Shown here one piece after another: positions 25,917 through 36,299 of a stretch of 41,943 nt of DNA (positions within the stretch are counted from its first letter, which is position 1; every line of letters begins with the position of its first letter). Both the position numbers and the translations under genes were made by a program. This DNA comes from Candidatus Gottesmanbacteria bacterium (GTDB lineage: Bacteria; Patescibacteriota; Microgenomatia; UBA10105; UBA927), in the NCBI GenBank assembly GCA_016199185.1, contig JACQHE010000039.1, forward strand, positions 1-41,943, written 5' to 3'. Under the pieces are notes generated by a model. It did no database searches and was not told the origin of the DNA. It saw only the letters and a program-made list of their open reading frames with translations.

Positions 25917-26051
25917 ATGAAAAGGAAAAAATATGGAACGCAAAAACCAGTGTGCGGGGTGTACGGCAGCGGCCGGAAGACTTTGCCTGCGTACACTTAT
26001 ACAACGATCCGCGCCAAGGACCGCCAATTCATTAGAGCAAAACTGATATGA
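25917..26051 (+). CDS. 44-aa basic upstream ORF translationally coupled to the nucleotidyltransferase gene
   Basis: GGAAGGAG lies about 10 nt upstream of ATG 25917. The peptide is MKRKKYGTQKPVCGVYGSGRKTLPAYTYTTIRAKDRQFIRAKLI. Its TGA overlaps the next ATG (ATATGA). Confidence 0.3.
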   Translation: MKRKKYGTQKPVCGVYGSGRKTLPAYTYTTIRAKDRQFIRAKLI

Positions 26052-26893
26052 AGCCAAAACAACCAACCGATAAGAAGTCCACGAACGATACTATCATTGC
26101 AACACTCAGAGAGATCGAAAAGACCCATCAGGTGACTATCCTGTATGCGGTAGAGTCCGGAAGCAGGGCGTGGGGATTTGCATCGAAAGACAGCGATTAT
26201 GACATTCGATTCGTGTATCACCATCCTCTGGAATGGTACATCAGCATTGAGGATAAGACCGACGTCATTGAACACCCGATGATCGGCCCGTTGGATATTT
26301 GCGGGTGGGACATACGAAAGGCGCTTGCACTCTACAAAAAATCAAACCCCCCGCTTTACGAATGGCTTGTTTCTCCTATTGTCTATAAAGAAAGAGGCAC
26401 GTTTGCCCAACAGTTACGGTCGCTCATGCCAACGTACTACGCGCCAATCGCAAGCATCCATCACTATTTACATATGGCAAGAGGGAACTATCGACAATAC
26501 CTGCAAGGTAGCGTCGTTTGGGTCAAAAAGTACTTTTATGTTTTGCGCCCCATTTTTGCGTGCATGTGGATTGAACACTACAGCATCCAGGCGCCAATGG
26601 CGTTTATAACAATGCTTGAGAGACTTCCCCTTGATGAGAATGTGAGGGAAGAGGTTTGGCGCCTCTATGAGAGAAAAAAGTTAGGGGAAGAGTTAGATAA
26701 AGGAAACAGAATAGCCGTTCTTAACGATTTTGTAGATGAAAAAATTCAGTATTTTGAAAAATACGCACAAGAAATAAAACCAGAACGGAAGATAAAACTT
26801 GATCCATCACGGTTGGATCGCATCTTATATGACACGTTAAACCAGACTCCCTGGAGCCGCCTACGCCTGCACTCCAAGGAGAATATATGCTAA
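26048..26893 (+). CDS. pol-beta superfamily nucleotidyltransferase (YcgL / PF10127-like)
   Basis: 281 aa. ESGSRAWGFASKDSDYDIRFVY is the GS...DxD NTase core, followed by a helical C-terminal domain. Confidence 0.75.
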   Translation: MKPKQPTDKKSTNDTIIATLREIEKTHQVTILYAVESGSRAWGFASKDSDYDIRFVYHHPLEWYISIEDKTDVIEHPMIGPLDICGWDIRKALALYKKSNPPLYEWLVSPIVYKERGTFAQQLRSLMPTYYAPIASIHHYLHMARGNYRQYLQGSVVWVKKYFYVLRPIFACMWIEHYSIQAPMAFITMLERLPLDENVREEVWRLYERKKLGEELDKGNRIAVLNDFVDEKIQYFEKYAQEIKPERKIKLDPSRLDRILYDTLNQTPWSRLRLHSKENIC

Positions 26894-27030
26894 GGGTTCC
26901 TACCGGCATTATGGAAATTTACATAGATTTGAGAACTTCATGATCCTCAATAAAACCATCCTCATCCCGGAAGATGATCAGACGCTCGAGTTTTTGCTCT
27001 TTGTCTCATCCGCTGTTGTCCCCTCATGCT

Positions 27031-27060
27031 TATTCTCAAATTCTTAAGAATATGAGAATA
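27031..27060. promoter_or_regulatory. 30-bp near-perfect palindrome (candidate operator) abutting the tspO ATG
   Basis: TATTCTCAAATTCTTAAGAATATGAGAATA has 14 of 15 symmetric pairs. It contains four ATTCT/AGAAT half-sites. It overlaps a possible -10 (AAGAAT, 27046-27051) and the A of the ATG. Confidence 0.55.
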
Positions 27061-27551
27061 TGAATTGTATGATCAAAAATGGCAAACTGTTGGTGGTGGC
27101 ACTTTTCGTACCGCAGCTTGCCGGTGCCATCGGCTCTCTCTTTACCGTACCGGCAATTTCGGGCTGGTATGCGGGTCTTGACAGACCAATGTTTTCTCTG
27201 CCTAATTGGGTCTTCGGTCCGGTATGGACGACGCTTTTTCTTCTCATGGGGGTCGCGTTGTATCTCATTTTATTGATACCAAAAAGCGGCGGGAAGGGCC
27301 GGCAGAGGAAGCAGGCAGTCATTCTATTTGGCGTACAGCTCGTCCTTAATACGCTATGGTCGTTTATTTTTTTCGGGTTGCATAGTCCGGGATTAGCCTT
27401 TGTGGAAATCATTTCGTTGTGGATTGCGATTGCCGCCACGATAGGTTCGTTTTATCGATTGTCACGGATAGCTGCGTATTTGTTGATACCCTATATATTG
27501 TGGGTAAGCTTTGCGGCGTTCCTCAACTACGCCATTTGGAGACTCAATTAA
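27060..27551 (+). CDS. tspO: TspO/MBR tryptophan-rich sensory protein
   Basis: 163 aa with five TM helices. Contains FGPVWTTLFLLMG, LNTLWSFIFFG and YILWVSFAAFLNYAIWRLN. Confidence 0.85.
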   Translation: MNCMIKNGKLLVVALFVPQLAGAIGSLFTVPAISGWYAGLDRPMFSLPNWVFGPVWTTLFLLMGVALYLILLIPKSGGKGRQRKQAVILFGVQLVLNTLWSFIFFGLHSPGLAFVEIISLWIAIAATIGSFYRLSRIAAYLLIPYILWVSFAAFLNYAIWRLN

Positions 27552-27611
27552 CGGCACAATGCACGCTAGACAACTGCAGGGGACAGAGGGGTTTTGATAT
27601 ACAATACCCCC

Positions 27612-28592
27612 ATGGTGAATTTTTGGCATCAGCTGGCGCTTCAGACGAAACCCTTTCTGACTCTTGCCCCCATGGACGGGGTGACGGACCGGGTGTTCCG
27701 GAAAATGATCGCCGGTACGGCCAAGCCCGACGTATTCTTCACCGAGTTTACCAATACGGAAGCGCTTACCTCCCGGGGCTATGAGAAAACGATCCACCGC
27801 CTCGCGTACTCGGATGGGGAGCATCCGATTGTGGCCCAGATTTGGGGGACGGAGCCTAAGAACTTTTCCGTGGTAGCCCGGCTGGTCCGGGACTTGGGCT
27901 TTGACGGCATTGACATCAATATGGGCTGCCCTGACCGGGCGGTCATGAAGATGGGCTCCGGAGCATCCCTCATCGATAACCCCCCGCTTGCCGCGGCAAT
28001 GATCGTCGCCATCAAACAGGGCGCTCCCGGCATGCCGGTGAGTGTGAAAACACGCATCGGGGCGACCAAAGTGGTGACCTTGGATTGGATACGCTTTCTC
28101 CTCGCCCAAAAGATAGACGCGCTCACCGTCCACGGGAGAACGGCAAAAGAGCTATCGAAAGTCCCGGCGCATTGGGAGGAAATCGGCAAGGCCGTCCGGC
28201 TCCGGGATGAAATAGCTCCCGGTACCGTCATCATCGGCAACGGAGACATCCTTACCCAAATCCAGGCGGCGCAGGCTCATGGGACGTACGGCGTGGACGG
28301 CGTGATGATGGGCAAGGCAGTATTCCAAAATCCCTGGGTGTTTGAGCGGCCGGTCAGGCAGCATAGCGCCGGCGAGTCGCTCGCGCTTCTGGTCCGGCAT
28401 GCCAAACTGTACGCTGATGCCTACCCAGGCGTACATCGGTTTGCTCCGCTTAAAAAATACTTCAAGATCTACGTCCGGTCGTTTCATGGAGCAAATGTGC
28501 TTCTGAAGCGTCTCATGGAAACCGAGAATTTTTCCGAGGTGGAAGAGCTCGTGAAGCCGGAGTTGGACAGGTTGCATGCGTCGGACGGGTGA
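27612..28592 (+). CDS. dus: tRNA-dihydrouridine synthase
   Basis: Start at MVNFWHQL, 6 nt after TACAAT (27600-27605). Contains LAPMDGVTDRVFR, VSVKTRIG and LTVHGRT. Confidence 0.9.
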   Translation: MVNFWHQLALQTKPFLTLAPMDGVTDRVFRKMIAGTAKPDVFFTEFTNTEALTSRGYEKTIHRLAYSDGEHPIVAQIWGTEPKNFSVVARLVRDLGFDGIDINMGCPDRAVMKMGSGASLIDNPPLAAAMIVAIKQGAPGMPVSVKTRIGATKVVTLDWIRFLLAQKIDALTVHGRTAKELSKVPAHWEEIGKAVRLRDEIAPGTVIIGNGDILTQIQAAQAHGTYGVDGVMMGKAVFQNPWVFERPVRQHSAGESLALLVRHAKLYADAYPGVHRFAPLKKYFKIYVRSFHGANVLLKRLMETENFSEVEELVKPELDRLHASDG

Positions 28593-28604
28593 TCGATCGA
28601 TCGC

Positions 28605-28632
28605 TTGACAAACGACGAAAGAGAGATATAAT
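28605..28632 (+). promoter_or_regulatory. sigma70-type promoter upstream of rpoB
   Basis: TTGACA (28605-28610), a 16-nt spacer, then TATAAT (28627-28632). This leaves a ~90-nt leader, with GAGGGGA upstream of the rpoB ATG. Confidence 0.6.
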
Positions 28633-28725
28633 ACCCTTACTTCAATAGCCTGAAAGAGGCGAACGCTCATTGTTTGCTTCTTTTTGTCGTTCACTTTTAT
28701 CGGCTCGCGAGGGGAATTATCCGAA

Positions 28726-31700
28726 ATGGCAAACGACGACAGCATTATTCAGCGCGTTTCCTGGGGAAAAGCGTATACGAACCTTCCACCTCTTGATCTT
28801 GTCCTCGTGCAACGCGAGTCGTACCAATGGTTTTTGGAAACCGGCATCCGCGAACTTCTGGATGAAGTGACGCCTGTTGTGGACTTTACCGGAAAAAACT
28901 GGGAGCTTATCTTCGGTGATTATTACTTCGGCAAGCCGCGACTGTCCAGCGAAACCGCGCGGGAGAAGGGCTTGACCTTTGACATGCCGCTGAAAGTGAC
29001 CACCACACTCACCAACAAACAGACCGGTCACCGCGTGACGCAGGAAGTCTTTTTAGGCGATATTCCGGCGATGACGGATAACGGCACATTCATCATCAAC
29101 GGCATCGAGCGATGCGTGGTCAATCAGCTGGTGCGTAGCCCCGGCATTTATTTTACGGGCCAGGTGGATCCCTCCACCGGCAGGATGCTCTATACGGCGG
29201 AGATCCGGCCGCTTCATGGTAGCTGGCTTGAGTTTGCTATCACCAGAAACGACGTCCTCATGGTCAGGATCGACCGAAGGCGTAAGTTTCCGGCGACCAC
29301 GTTTCTGCGGGCTATCGGCGTCTCTGACGAAGCGGAGATACGAAAGGTTTTTGCCAACGTAGATACGGATAAAGAACACTCCTACATCGACGCGACCATC
29401 AAGAAAGACCTCACGACGTCGCAGATTGAGGCTACGCTTGAGCTCTATAAAAAACTTCGCCCTGGTGAGCCGATTGTTCTGGATAACGCGCAGGAACTCT
29501 TGCGCACCATGTTTTTTGATTACCGCCGGTATTCCCTGGAGCGTGTAGGCCGCTATAAGATGAACAAGAAACTGGGGGTGTCCGTGCCGCTGGACCGCGA
29601 GCACTGGGTGTTGACCCGCGAAGATATCATCGGCAGCGTGGGTTACCTCATCGGGCTTGCCAACGGCAACGGCGACGTGGATGACATAGACCACCTGGGC
29701 AACCGAAGGGTCCGGCGCGTGGGGGAGCTGGTTGCAACCAACGCCTTTCGCGTGGGGCTTCTCCGGCTCGAGCGCTCAATCCGCGAGAAGATGAGTCTGG
29801 CCGGCGCAGCGGCGACTGACCTTACGCCCTCGCAGCTTGTGAACGCCCGGCCTATTATTGCCGCCATCAACGATTTTTTCCGCACGAGCCAGCTATCTAC
29901 CATTCTTGATCAGACGAATCCGTTGGCGGAAATCGACAACCTCCGTCGCTTGACCGTTATGGGCATCGGCGGCATCAGCCGGGAGCGCGCGTCGTTTTCC
30001 ATCCGAGACATCAATGCAAGCCAGTACGGCCGGATCTGCCCGGTGAGAAGCCCAGAAGGACCAAATATTGGCCTTGTTACCTATATGGCCCTCTATACCA
30101 GGGTCAATGAGTACGGATTTTTGGAAGCACCGTATCGGAAAGTGGAAAAAGTGGAAGAGAGTGGGCACGCGCGCGTGCGCGTCACCGACCAGATCGTGTA
30201 TTTGTCTGCAGATGATGAACAGCATCACCATGTGACTCACGCGAGCGTGGCGATGGATGATCGTGGATATCTAACAGACGAACGCGTGCCGGTCCGATAC
30301 AAAGGAGAGTTTTTGGAAGCGGAAACCAAGCTTGTTGAGTACATCGATGTGGTACCGCGTCAGGTCGTCGGCGCCCCCGCGTCGCTTATTCCGTTTTTAG
30401 CGCATGATGAAGCTAACCGCGCGCTCATGGGAACTCACATGCAATCACAGGCGGTGCCGCTGGTCGCGCCGCAGACGCCGGTCGTGGGGACGGGTATGGA
30501 AGCATCTATTTCCCGCGCCATGGGCCGCGTGGTCGTTGCGCCGGATGATGCGGTTGTCGCGTTTGCCGACGCAAAGAAAGTGACGATTCGGATGAAAGAT
30601 GCTCAGGAGGAGACCTACGCGGTTGAGAAGTTCAAGCGCACAAGCCAGTCTACCAGCTACAACCAGCGCGTGGTGGTGCGTACCGGCGATAAAGTGAAAA
30701 AGGGCGCAATCCTCATCGACGGCCCATCCAGCGAAAACGGAGAGCTTGCGCTGGGAACCAATGTTGTGGTGGCATACATGAGCTACGATGGACTAGGCTA
30801 CGAAGACGCCATCGTCATCTCCGACCGGCTGGTCAAGGAAGACCAGTTCACCTCGATTAACATCGAGGAGTACGAAGCAAGCGTCGTGGACACCAAGCTT
30901 GGGGTAGAGGAAACGACGCGGGACATCCCCAACGTGGGGGAGGAGGCGCTTCGCAATCTGGACGAGGATGGCATCGTGGTCGTGGGCGCTGAAGTCGGCC
31001 CCAATGACATTTTGGTTGGCAAGATTGCGCCGAAAGGTGAGACGGAACTTACTGCAGAAGAGCGGCTGCTTCGGGCAATTTTCGGCGAGAAAGCGCGAGA
31101 AGTGCGCGATACGAGTCTTCGGATGCCGCACGGGGAGCGCGGGACGGTCATCGACGTCAAGATTCTGGATAAAGATGCCGGAGACGAGCTCGAGCCGGGG
31201 ACCAACAGAAAAATTGTCGTGAAAGTCGCCCAGATACGCAAAGTAGTCGTGGGAGACAAGCTCGCCGGCCGCCACGGCAATAAAGGCGTCATCAGTAAAA
31301 TCGTGCCCCAAGCAGACATGCCGTACCTAGCCGATGGCACCACGGTAGATCTCATCATTTCTCCTTTGTCTGTCCTTTCTCGTATGAACTTGGGGCAGCT
31401 TCTGGAGTGTCATTTGGGCTTGGCGGCTCAAAAACTCAACATTCGGGTGGGACTGCCGGTGTTTGAGCCGGTTAAAGAAGACTACATTGTCCAGAAGCTC
31501 CAAGAAGCCGATCTTCCGATGGGCGGCAAAACGACGTTGTTTGACGGCAGGACGGGCGAAGCGTTTAAAGAGCCCATTGTCGTGGGTATCGGCTACATCA
31601 TGAAGCTTATCCACATGGTGGAAGATAAAACCCACGCGCGCTCGACCGGCCCGTATTCTCTGGTCACCCAGCAGCCTCTCGGAGGCAAAGCCCAGATGGG

Positions 31701-32073
31701 AGGACAGCGGCTGGGGGAGATGGAAGTATGGGCGCTTGAAGCGCATCGTGCTGCGCATGTCCTTCAGGAAATGTTGACGATTAAATCCGACGACGTCGTG
31801 GGCCGAGCAAAAGCATTTGAGGCTATCGTTAAAGGCACGGATATCCCGGCATCCACAGTTCCGGAATCTTTTAAAGTGCTGGTCAAAGAGCTCCAGGCCT
31901 TGGGGCTTCATGTTATTCCCACCGGCGTGGTCACTGCCAAACCCAAGCCGATTTCCGATCAAGCCCAGCCCAGCAGCGCCGCTCTTGCTGACGATCAGAC
32001 GAAGAAACAGGCAGCGGAGCTTGCCGCAGCAAGCGTGGTCGAAGCAGTCGTAGAGGAGAACACCAATGGATAA
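28726..32073 (+). CDS. rpoB: DNA-directed RNA polymerase subunit beta
   Basis: Start at MANDDSIIQR. The sequence is diagnostic throughout (e.g. GRHGNKGVISKI, NLGQLLECHLG, GGQRLGEMEVWALEA). Confidence 0.97.
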   Translation: MANDDSIIQRVSWGKAYTNLPPLDLVLVQRESYQWFLETGIRELLDEVTPVVDFTGKNWELIFGDYYFGKPRLSSETAREKGLTFDMPLKVTTTLTNKQTGHRVTQEVFLGDIPAMTDNGTFIINGIERCVVNQLVRSPGIYFTGQVDPSTGRMLYTAEIRPLHGSWLEFAITRNDVLMVRIDRRRKFPATTFLRAIGVSDEAEIRKVFANVDTDKEHSYIDATIKKDLTTSQIEATLELYKKLRPGEPIVLDNAQELLRTMFFDYRRYSLERVGRYKMNKKLGVSVPLDREHWVLTREDIIGSVGYLIGLANGNGDVDDIDHLGNRRVRRVGELVATNAFRVGLLRLERSIREKMSLAGAAATDLTPSQLVNARPIIAAINDFFRTSQLSTILDQTNPLAEIDNLRRLTVMGIGGISRERASFSIRDINASQYGRICPVRSPEGPNIGLVTYMALYTRVNEYGFLEAPYRKVEKVEESGHARVRVTDQIVYLSADDEQHHHVTHASVAMDDRGYLTDERVPVRYKGEFLEAETKLVEYIDVVPRQVVGAPASLIPFLAHDEANRALMGTHMQSQAVPLVAPQTPVVGTGMEASISRAMGRVVVAPDDAVVAFADAKKVTIRMKDAQEETYAVEKFKRTSQSTSYNQRVVVRTGDKVKKGAILIDGPSSENGELALGTNVVVAYMSYDGLGYEDAIVISDRLVKEDQFTSINIEEYEASVVDTKLGVEETTRDIPNVGEEALRNLDEDGIVVVGAEVGPNDILVGKIAPKGETELTAEERLLRAIFGEKAREVRDTSLRMPHGERGTVIDVKILDKDAGDELEPGTNRKIVVKVAQIRKVVVGDKLAGRHGNKGVISKIVPQADMPYLADGTTVDLIISPLSVLSRMNLGQLLECHLGLAAQKLNIRVGLPVFEPVKEDYIVQKLQEADLPMGGKTTLFDGRTGEAFKEPIVVGIGYIMKLIHMVEDKTHARSTGPYSLVTQQPLGGKAQMGGQRLGEMEVWALEAHRAAHVLQEMLTIKSDDVVGRAKAFEAIVKGTDIPASTVPESFKVLVKELQALGLHVIPTGVVTAKPKPISDQAQPSSAALADDQTKKQAAELAAASVVEAVVEENTNG

Positions 32074-35000
32074 AAAGAGCATGTTTACTAACATCGTCGA
32101 CTTTTCCGGTCTTAGAGTGACCTTGGCATCGTCGGAGGATATCAAAACATGGTCCTACGGCGAGGTCACCAAACCGGAAACTATCAACTACCGTACGCTC
32201 AAGCCGGAAAAAGACGGCCTGTTTGACGAGCGGATTTTCGGCCCAACCAAGGACTGGGAGTGTTACTGCGGCAAGTACAAAAGGATCCGTTACCGCGGGA
32301 TCGTGTGCGACAAATGCGGCGTTGAAGTCACCCAGAGCAAAGTCCGTCGCGAGCGCATGGGGCACATTTCTTTGGCCGTCCCCATCTGCCATGTCTGGTT
32401 TTTTAAGGGTGCGCCGTCCAAACTATCGCTTCTTCTTGACGTTAGTCCACGGGCTCTGGAAGGCGTTATCTACTTTGCCCAGTATCTTGTGACTGATGTA
32501 GATGACCAGAAGAAAAAAGATGTTCTCAAAAATTTGGTAGATGCAGGAAAAAAGCGCGTAGATGAGGCGGAGGCCGTGTATAACGATGAGGTTGAGAAGC
32601 GCAAAAGCCAGTTTACCGCCCAGCGCGAAGAGATTCGCGCCAAGGGCCTGGGCAAAGAAGCCGTAGACGTAGCCCTTTCGGAGATTGCCCTCAAAGAGCG
32701 GCAGGAATTGGCCATGCTTTCGGATAAGAAAGAAGAAGAGGCAGGAAAGATCAACGAAATCATCGACTCGCTCGTGGGCATTGTCAAGACTATCAGGCCC
32801 TTAACGACCCTTACCGAAGACGAGTATCTCCGGCTGCTGGAGTACGACGCAGCAGAAAGCTTTCGCGTGGACATGGGAGCAGAAGCAGTCCTTTCCGTCG
32901 TCAAAAAGCTGGATCTGGATAAGCTGGCTGCAGATCTGCGTGAGGAAATTGCCAAGACCACCGGCCAGCGCCACATCAAGGCAACCAAGCGCCTACGCGT
33001 CATCGACGGCATCAGAAAAGCCGGCATTGATCCGTCTTGGATGGTCCTTAAAACTCTTCCGGTCATCCCGCCGGATCTTCGGCCCATGGTGCAGTTAACC
33101 GGCGGCCGGTTCGCAACGAGCGACCTCAACGACCTGTATCGGCGCGTCATCAATCGCAATAATAGGCTCAAGCACCTCATGGACTTGGGCGCGCCGGAGA
33201 TCATTCTGCGAAACGAAAAGCGCATGCTTCAGGAGGCGGTCGATAGCCTCATCGATGCGACGCAGCGCCCCAGTTCACGCGCCGTCATCGCGCCTTTGCG
33301 CTCGCTTTCGGATATGCTGCGGGGCAAGCAAGGCCGGTTCCGCCAGAATCTCCTGGGTAAACGCGTGGACTACTCCGGCCGTTCCGTCATCGTCGTGGGG
33401 CCCGAGCTTAACCTCACGCAGTGCGGCATCCCCAAGGAAATGGCTTTGGAAATGTTCAAACCCTTTGTACTTCGCGAGCTTATCGTGCGCGGGATTGCGC
33501 CCAATGTCAAAAACGCCAAGACGGTTCTCGAGCGCCGGACTCCCGAGGTGTTTGATATCTTAGAGGAAATCACCAAAAACCACCCCGTACTCCTTAACCG
33601 TGCGCCGACCCTCCATAAGCTGGGCATCCAGGCATTTTATCCTATTCTCATAGAAGGGTCGGCCATCCGCATCCACCCGTGCGTGTGCGCCGGGTACAAC
33701 GCGGACTTTGACGGCGATCAGATGGCGGTTCACATTCCGCTGTCCAAACAAAGCCAGGATGAGGCCGTTCACCTCATGCTGCCGACCCATAACCTTCTCA
33801 AGCCGGCTGACGGCTCTCCCATCACCGTGCCCAACAAAGAAATGGTTTTGGGCTGTTACTACATCACTACGGTGGATGATGCGTACGGCGGCAAGCCGGA
33901 AAAAGATTTCCCCCGCTTGAGCAACGCGCAGGAAGCAGTCTACGCCTATCAGATCGGATCGCTAGGACTGCGGCAGCCCATCCGCGTGAGGATTGAGGGC
34001 AAAGAGCTCGTGACCACGGTCGGCAAGATTCTGTTTAACGAGGTGTTGCCCAAAGAGCTTCGGTTCATCAACACGCCGGTGAAGGCCGCCACCGTCAAAA
34101 AGCTCATCACGCAGGCGCTGGTTCACTATTCCAAGGAGGAAGTGGTGGGGGTCATTGATGCGGTCAAAAACATCGGTTTCTGGGGTGCCACCCAATGCGG
34201 CGGGCTCTCCGTTTCCGTCTTTGACGGGATCATTATCCCCGAGAAAGACGCAATCGTCCGGGAAGCAGAAGGGAAAGTCACCGAAATAGACGCCAACTAC
34301 CAGCAGGGCCTCATTACGCTTGAGGAAAAGAAACGGCTGGGCAACGAAATCTGGATCGAGGTGACCGAGCGGCTTGCGGATTTCACCTGGAACGCGCTTC
34401 CCTCGCACAACTCGATGAAGATGATCATCGAATCCGGAAGCGCCCGGGCGTCGAAGGATTACTTAAAGCAGCTTTCCGCGATCAAAGGATTGGTGGTGGA
34501 TCCTTTGGGCAAGATCGTTGAGCTTCCCACCAAGAGTAACTACCGGGAGGGGCTATCGATTTTTGAGTACGTCACCAGCACCCGCGGGTCCCGGAAAGGT
34601 TTGACCGATTCAGCCTTAAAGACGGCCGACGCCGGTTACCTCACGCGCAGGCTCGTGGACGTGTCTCACGACGCGATTATCCGCATGGAGGACTGCGGCA
34701 CCCGGGAGGGCTGGGAGATAGCACGCGATGAAGACCGGCAAGCTGCGTTTACCTCGCGATTGGTGGGCAGGTTTGCCGCTTCTGACCTGGTCGTGCCCGG
34801 AGGCAAAAAAGTACTCGTCACTGCAGGCGAGGAGATTACCGAAGCGCATATCAAGCATTTAGATGAGCACGAGGTAAACGCCCTCGCCGTCCGTTCACCC
34901 ATAGCATGCCAGGCCCCGGTGGGGCTTTGTCAGAAGTGTTACGGGAAAGATTACGCGACCAATGAACTTGTAGCCATCGGCACACCGGTCGGCGTTATTG

Positions 35001-35791
35001 CCGCCCAGTCCATCGGCGAGCCGGGTACGCAGTTGACCATGCGGGTCCGTCATGCCGGCGGTATCGTTGGTCTGGACGTGACGCAGGGGTTGCCCCGCGT
35101 GGAGGAGCTCTTTGAGATCCGCACCCCGCGGGCGCTCTCTCCGATTACGGAGATAGCAGGCAAGGTGGAGGTTACCGAGACGGAGTCAGGCTACAAAGTA
35201 AGGGTCCGAAATACAACCCTTAAGCCTCCGGAAGAGCGAGAGTACGTCGTACCGCTCACCAGCGAACTCAAAGTCAAAGACGGGGGATTGGTGGCCTCGG
35301 GTGATCAATTGGCAAGCGGGAGCCTGGATATCAAAGAAGTGCTCCAGGTCAGGGGTCTTCGGGGCGCCCAAAAGTATCTGATTACCGAGATCCAGCGCGT
35401 CTACGAGTCCCAGGGCATCGGCATTGCGGACAAGCACTTTGAAGTGATTGTCAGAAAAATCAGCGACAAGGTCAGAGTCGACAGCAGTGGTGACACGACG
35501 CTTCTTCCCGGAGAGCTCGTGGACCGCACGCGCTTCCAGGAAGAAAACGCCAGAGTTCTCTCTGAAGGAGGCGAACCGGCCACCGCCCAGGTCGTCATTC
35601 TTGGGATCACGAGGGCGAGCTTGTTTACCGAGTCGTGGCTCTCCGCTGCCTCATTCCAGGAGACGACCAATGTGCTCACCGACGCAGCGCTGGCCGGCCG
35701 GGAGGACAAATTGCTGGGGCTAAAGGAAAATGTTATCATCGGCAGACTCATTCCGGTCACGGAAGAGAGTGCACGCTATGCCAACCATTAA
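32066..35791 (+). CDS. rpoC: DNA-directed RNA polymerase subunit beta'
   Basis: 1241 aa. Zinc motif [23 protein letters not shown], catalytic [12 protein letters not shown], and 8-nt overlap with rpoB. Confidence 0.97.
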   Translation: MDKKSMFTNIVDFSGLRVTLASSEDIKTWSYGEVTKPETINYRTLKPEKDGLFDERIFGPTKDWECYCGKYKRIRYRGIVCDKCGVEVTQSKVRRERMGHISLAVPICHVWFFKGAPSKLSLLLDVSPRALEGVIYFAQYLVTDVDDQKKKDVLKNLVDAGKKRVDEAEAVYNDEVEKRKSQFTAQREEIRAKGLGKEAVDVALSEIALKERQELAMLSDKKEEEAGKINEIIDSLVGIVKTIRPLTTLTEDEYLRLLEYDAAESFRVDMGAEAVLSVVKKLDLDKLAADLREEIAKTTGQRHIKATKRLRVIDGIRKAGIDPSWMVLKTLPVIPPDLRPMVQLTGGRFATSDLNDLYRRVINRNNRLKHLMDLGAPEIILRNEKRMLQEAVDSLIDATQRPSSRAVIAPLRSLSDMLRGKQGRFRQNLLGKRVDYSGRSVIVVGPELNLTQCGIPKEMALEMFKPFVLRELIVRGIAPNVKNAKTVLERRTPEVFDILEEITKNHPVLLNRAPTLHKLGIQAFYPILIEGSAIRIHPCVCAGYNADFDGDQMAVHIPLSKQSQDEAVHLMLPTHNLLKPADGSPITVPNKEMVLGCYYITTVDDAYGGKPEKDFPRLSNAQEAVYAYQIGSLGLRQPIRVRIEGKELVTTVGKILFNEVLPKELRFINTPVKAATVKKLITQALVHYSKEEVVGVIDAVKNIGFWGATQCGGLSVSVFDGIIIPEKDAIVREAEGKVTEIDANYQQGLITLEEKKRLGNEIWIEVTERLADFTWNALPSHNSMKMIIESGSARASKDYLKQLSAIKGLVVDPLGKIVELPTKSNYREGLSIFEYVTSTRGSRKGLTDSALKTADAGYLTRRLVDVSHDAIIRMEDCGTREGWEIARDEDRQAAFTSRLVGRFAASDLVVPGGKKVLVTAGEEITEAHIKHLDEHEVNALAVRSPIACQAPVGLCQKCYGKDYATNELVAIGTPVGVIAAQSIGEPGTQLTMRVRHAGGIVGLDVTQGLPRVEELFEIRTPRALSPITEIAGKVEVTETESGYKVRVRNTTLKPPEEREYVVPLTSELKVKDGGLVASGDQLASGSLDIKEVLQVRGLRGAQKYLITEIQRVYESQGIGIADKHFEVIVRKISDKVRVDSSGDTTLLPGELVDRTRFQEENARVLSEGGEPATAQVVILGITRASLFTESWLSAASFQETTNVLTDAALAGREDKLLGLKENVIIGRLIPVTEESARYANH

Positions 35792-36215
35792 CCAACTCGT
35801 GAGAATTGGACGCGGCCGCAAGGCCAAGAAAGTGAAAGTCATGGCGCTTCGGAAGTTCTTTAACGCCCGGGAGCGCGTCACCAAGCAGCTCACCGCGCCG
35901 TTTAAGCGGGGAGTGGTCACGCTGGTTAAAACCATGACGCCCAGGAAGCCCAACTCGGCGCTTCGGAAAGTCGCCCGCGTCCGGCTCTCCAATAAGCAGG
36001 AAGTGACAGCCTACATCCCCGGCATCGGCCACGAACTCACCGAGCATGCGATCGTTTTGGTCCGCGGCGGTCGGGTTGCCGATCTTCCCGGCGTCCGGTA
36101 TCACATCGTTCGGGGGAAATACGACATGACGGGGGTGGTGGGCCGCAGGCAAGGCCGGAGCCGCTACGGCACGAAATCCGGGGCACCCGGCCCGGCCACG
36201 GCGGCAGCAAGTTAG
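35778..36215 (+). CDS. rpsL: 30S ribosomal protein S12
   Basis: Start at MPTINQLVR. Contains [15 protein letters not shown] and [19 protein letters not shown]. It overlaps the rpoC end by 14 nt. Confidence 0.95.
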   Translation: MPTINQLVRIGRGRKAKKVKVMALRKFFNARERVTKQLTAPFKRGVVTLVKTMTPRKPNSALRKVARVRLSNKQEVTAYIPGIGHELTEHAIVLVRGGRVADLPGVRYHIVRGKYDMTGVVGRRQGRSRYGTKSGAPGPATAAAS

Positions 36216-36299
36216 AAGTACACAAAGAAGTACAAAGTACAAAGTCAAAAGTACAAAGTATTAAACACTTTGTACTCTGTACTCTTGACTCTTGACTCT
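36216..36299. repeat. family-A word-repeat hairpin element, copy 2 (rpsL-rpsG spacer)
   Basis: 7-nt words AAGTACA/AAGTCAA on the left and CTGTACT/CTTGACT on the right. The central perfect 10-bp stem is AGTACAAAGT / ACTTTGTACT with a 7-nt loop. It ends 2 nt before the rpsG ATG. Confidence 0.75.

Noticed and set aside
19309-26893. Calling the AT-rich island an integrative or mobile element
   Set aside because: No integrase, recombinase, transposase, flanking tRNA or terminal direct/inverted repeats were found. Only an excisionase-like HTH is present, so mobility cannot be supported from this window.
31327-33225. Long minus-strand ORFs inside rpoB/rpoC (272 aa, 153 aa, 251 aa). Similar ORFs occur at 15963-16802 and 30793-31358.
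   Set aside because: They are shadow ORFs opposite highly conserved genes, Ser/Arg-rich, with no independent signals.
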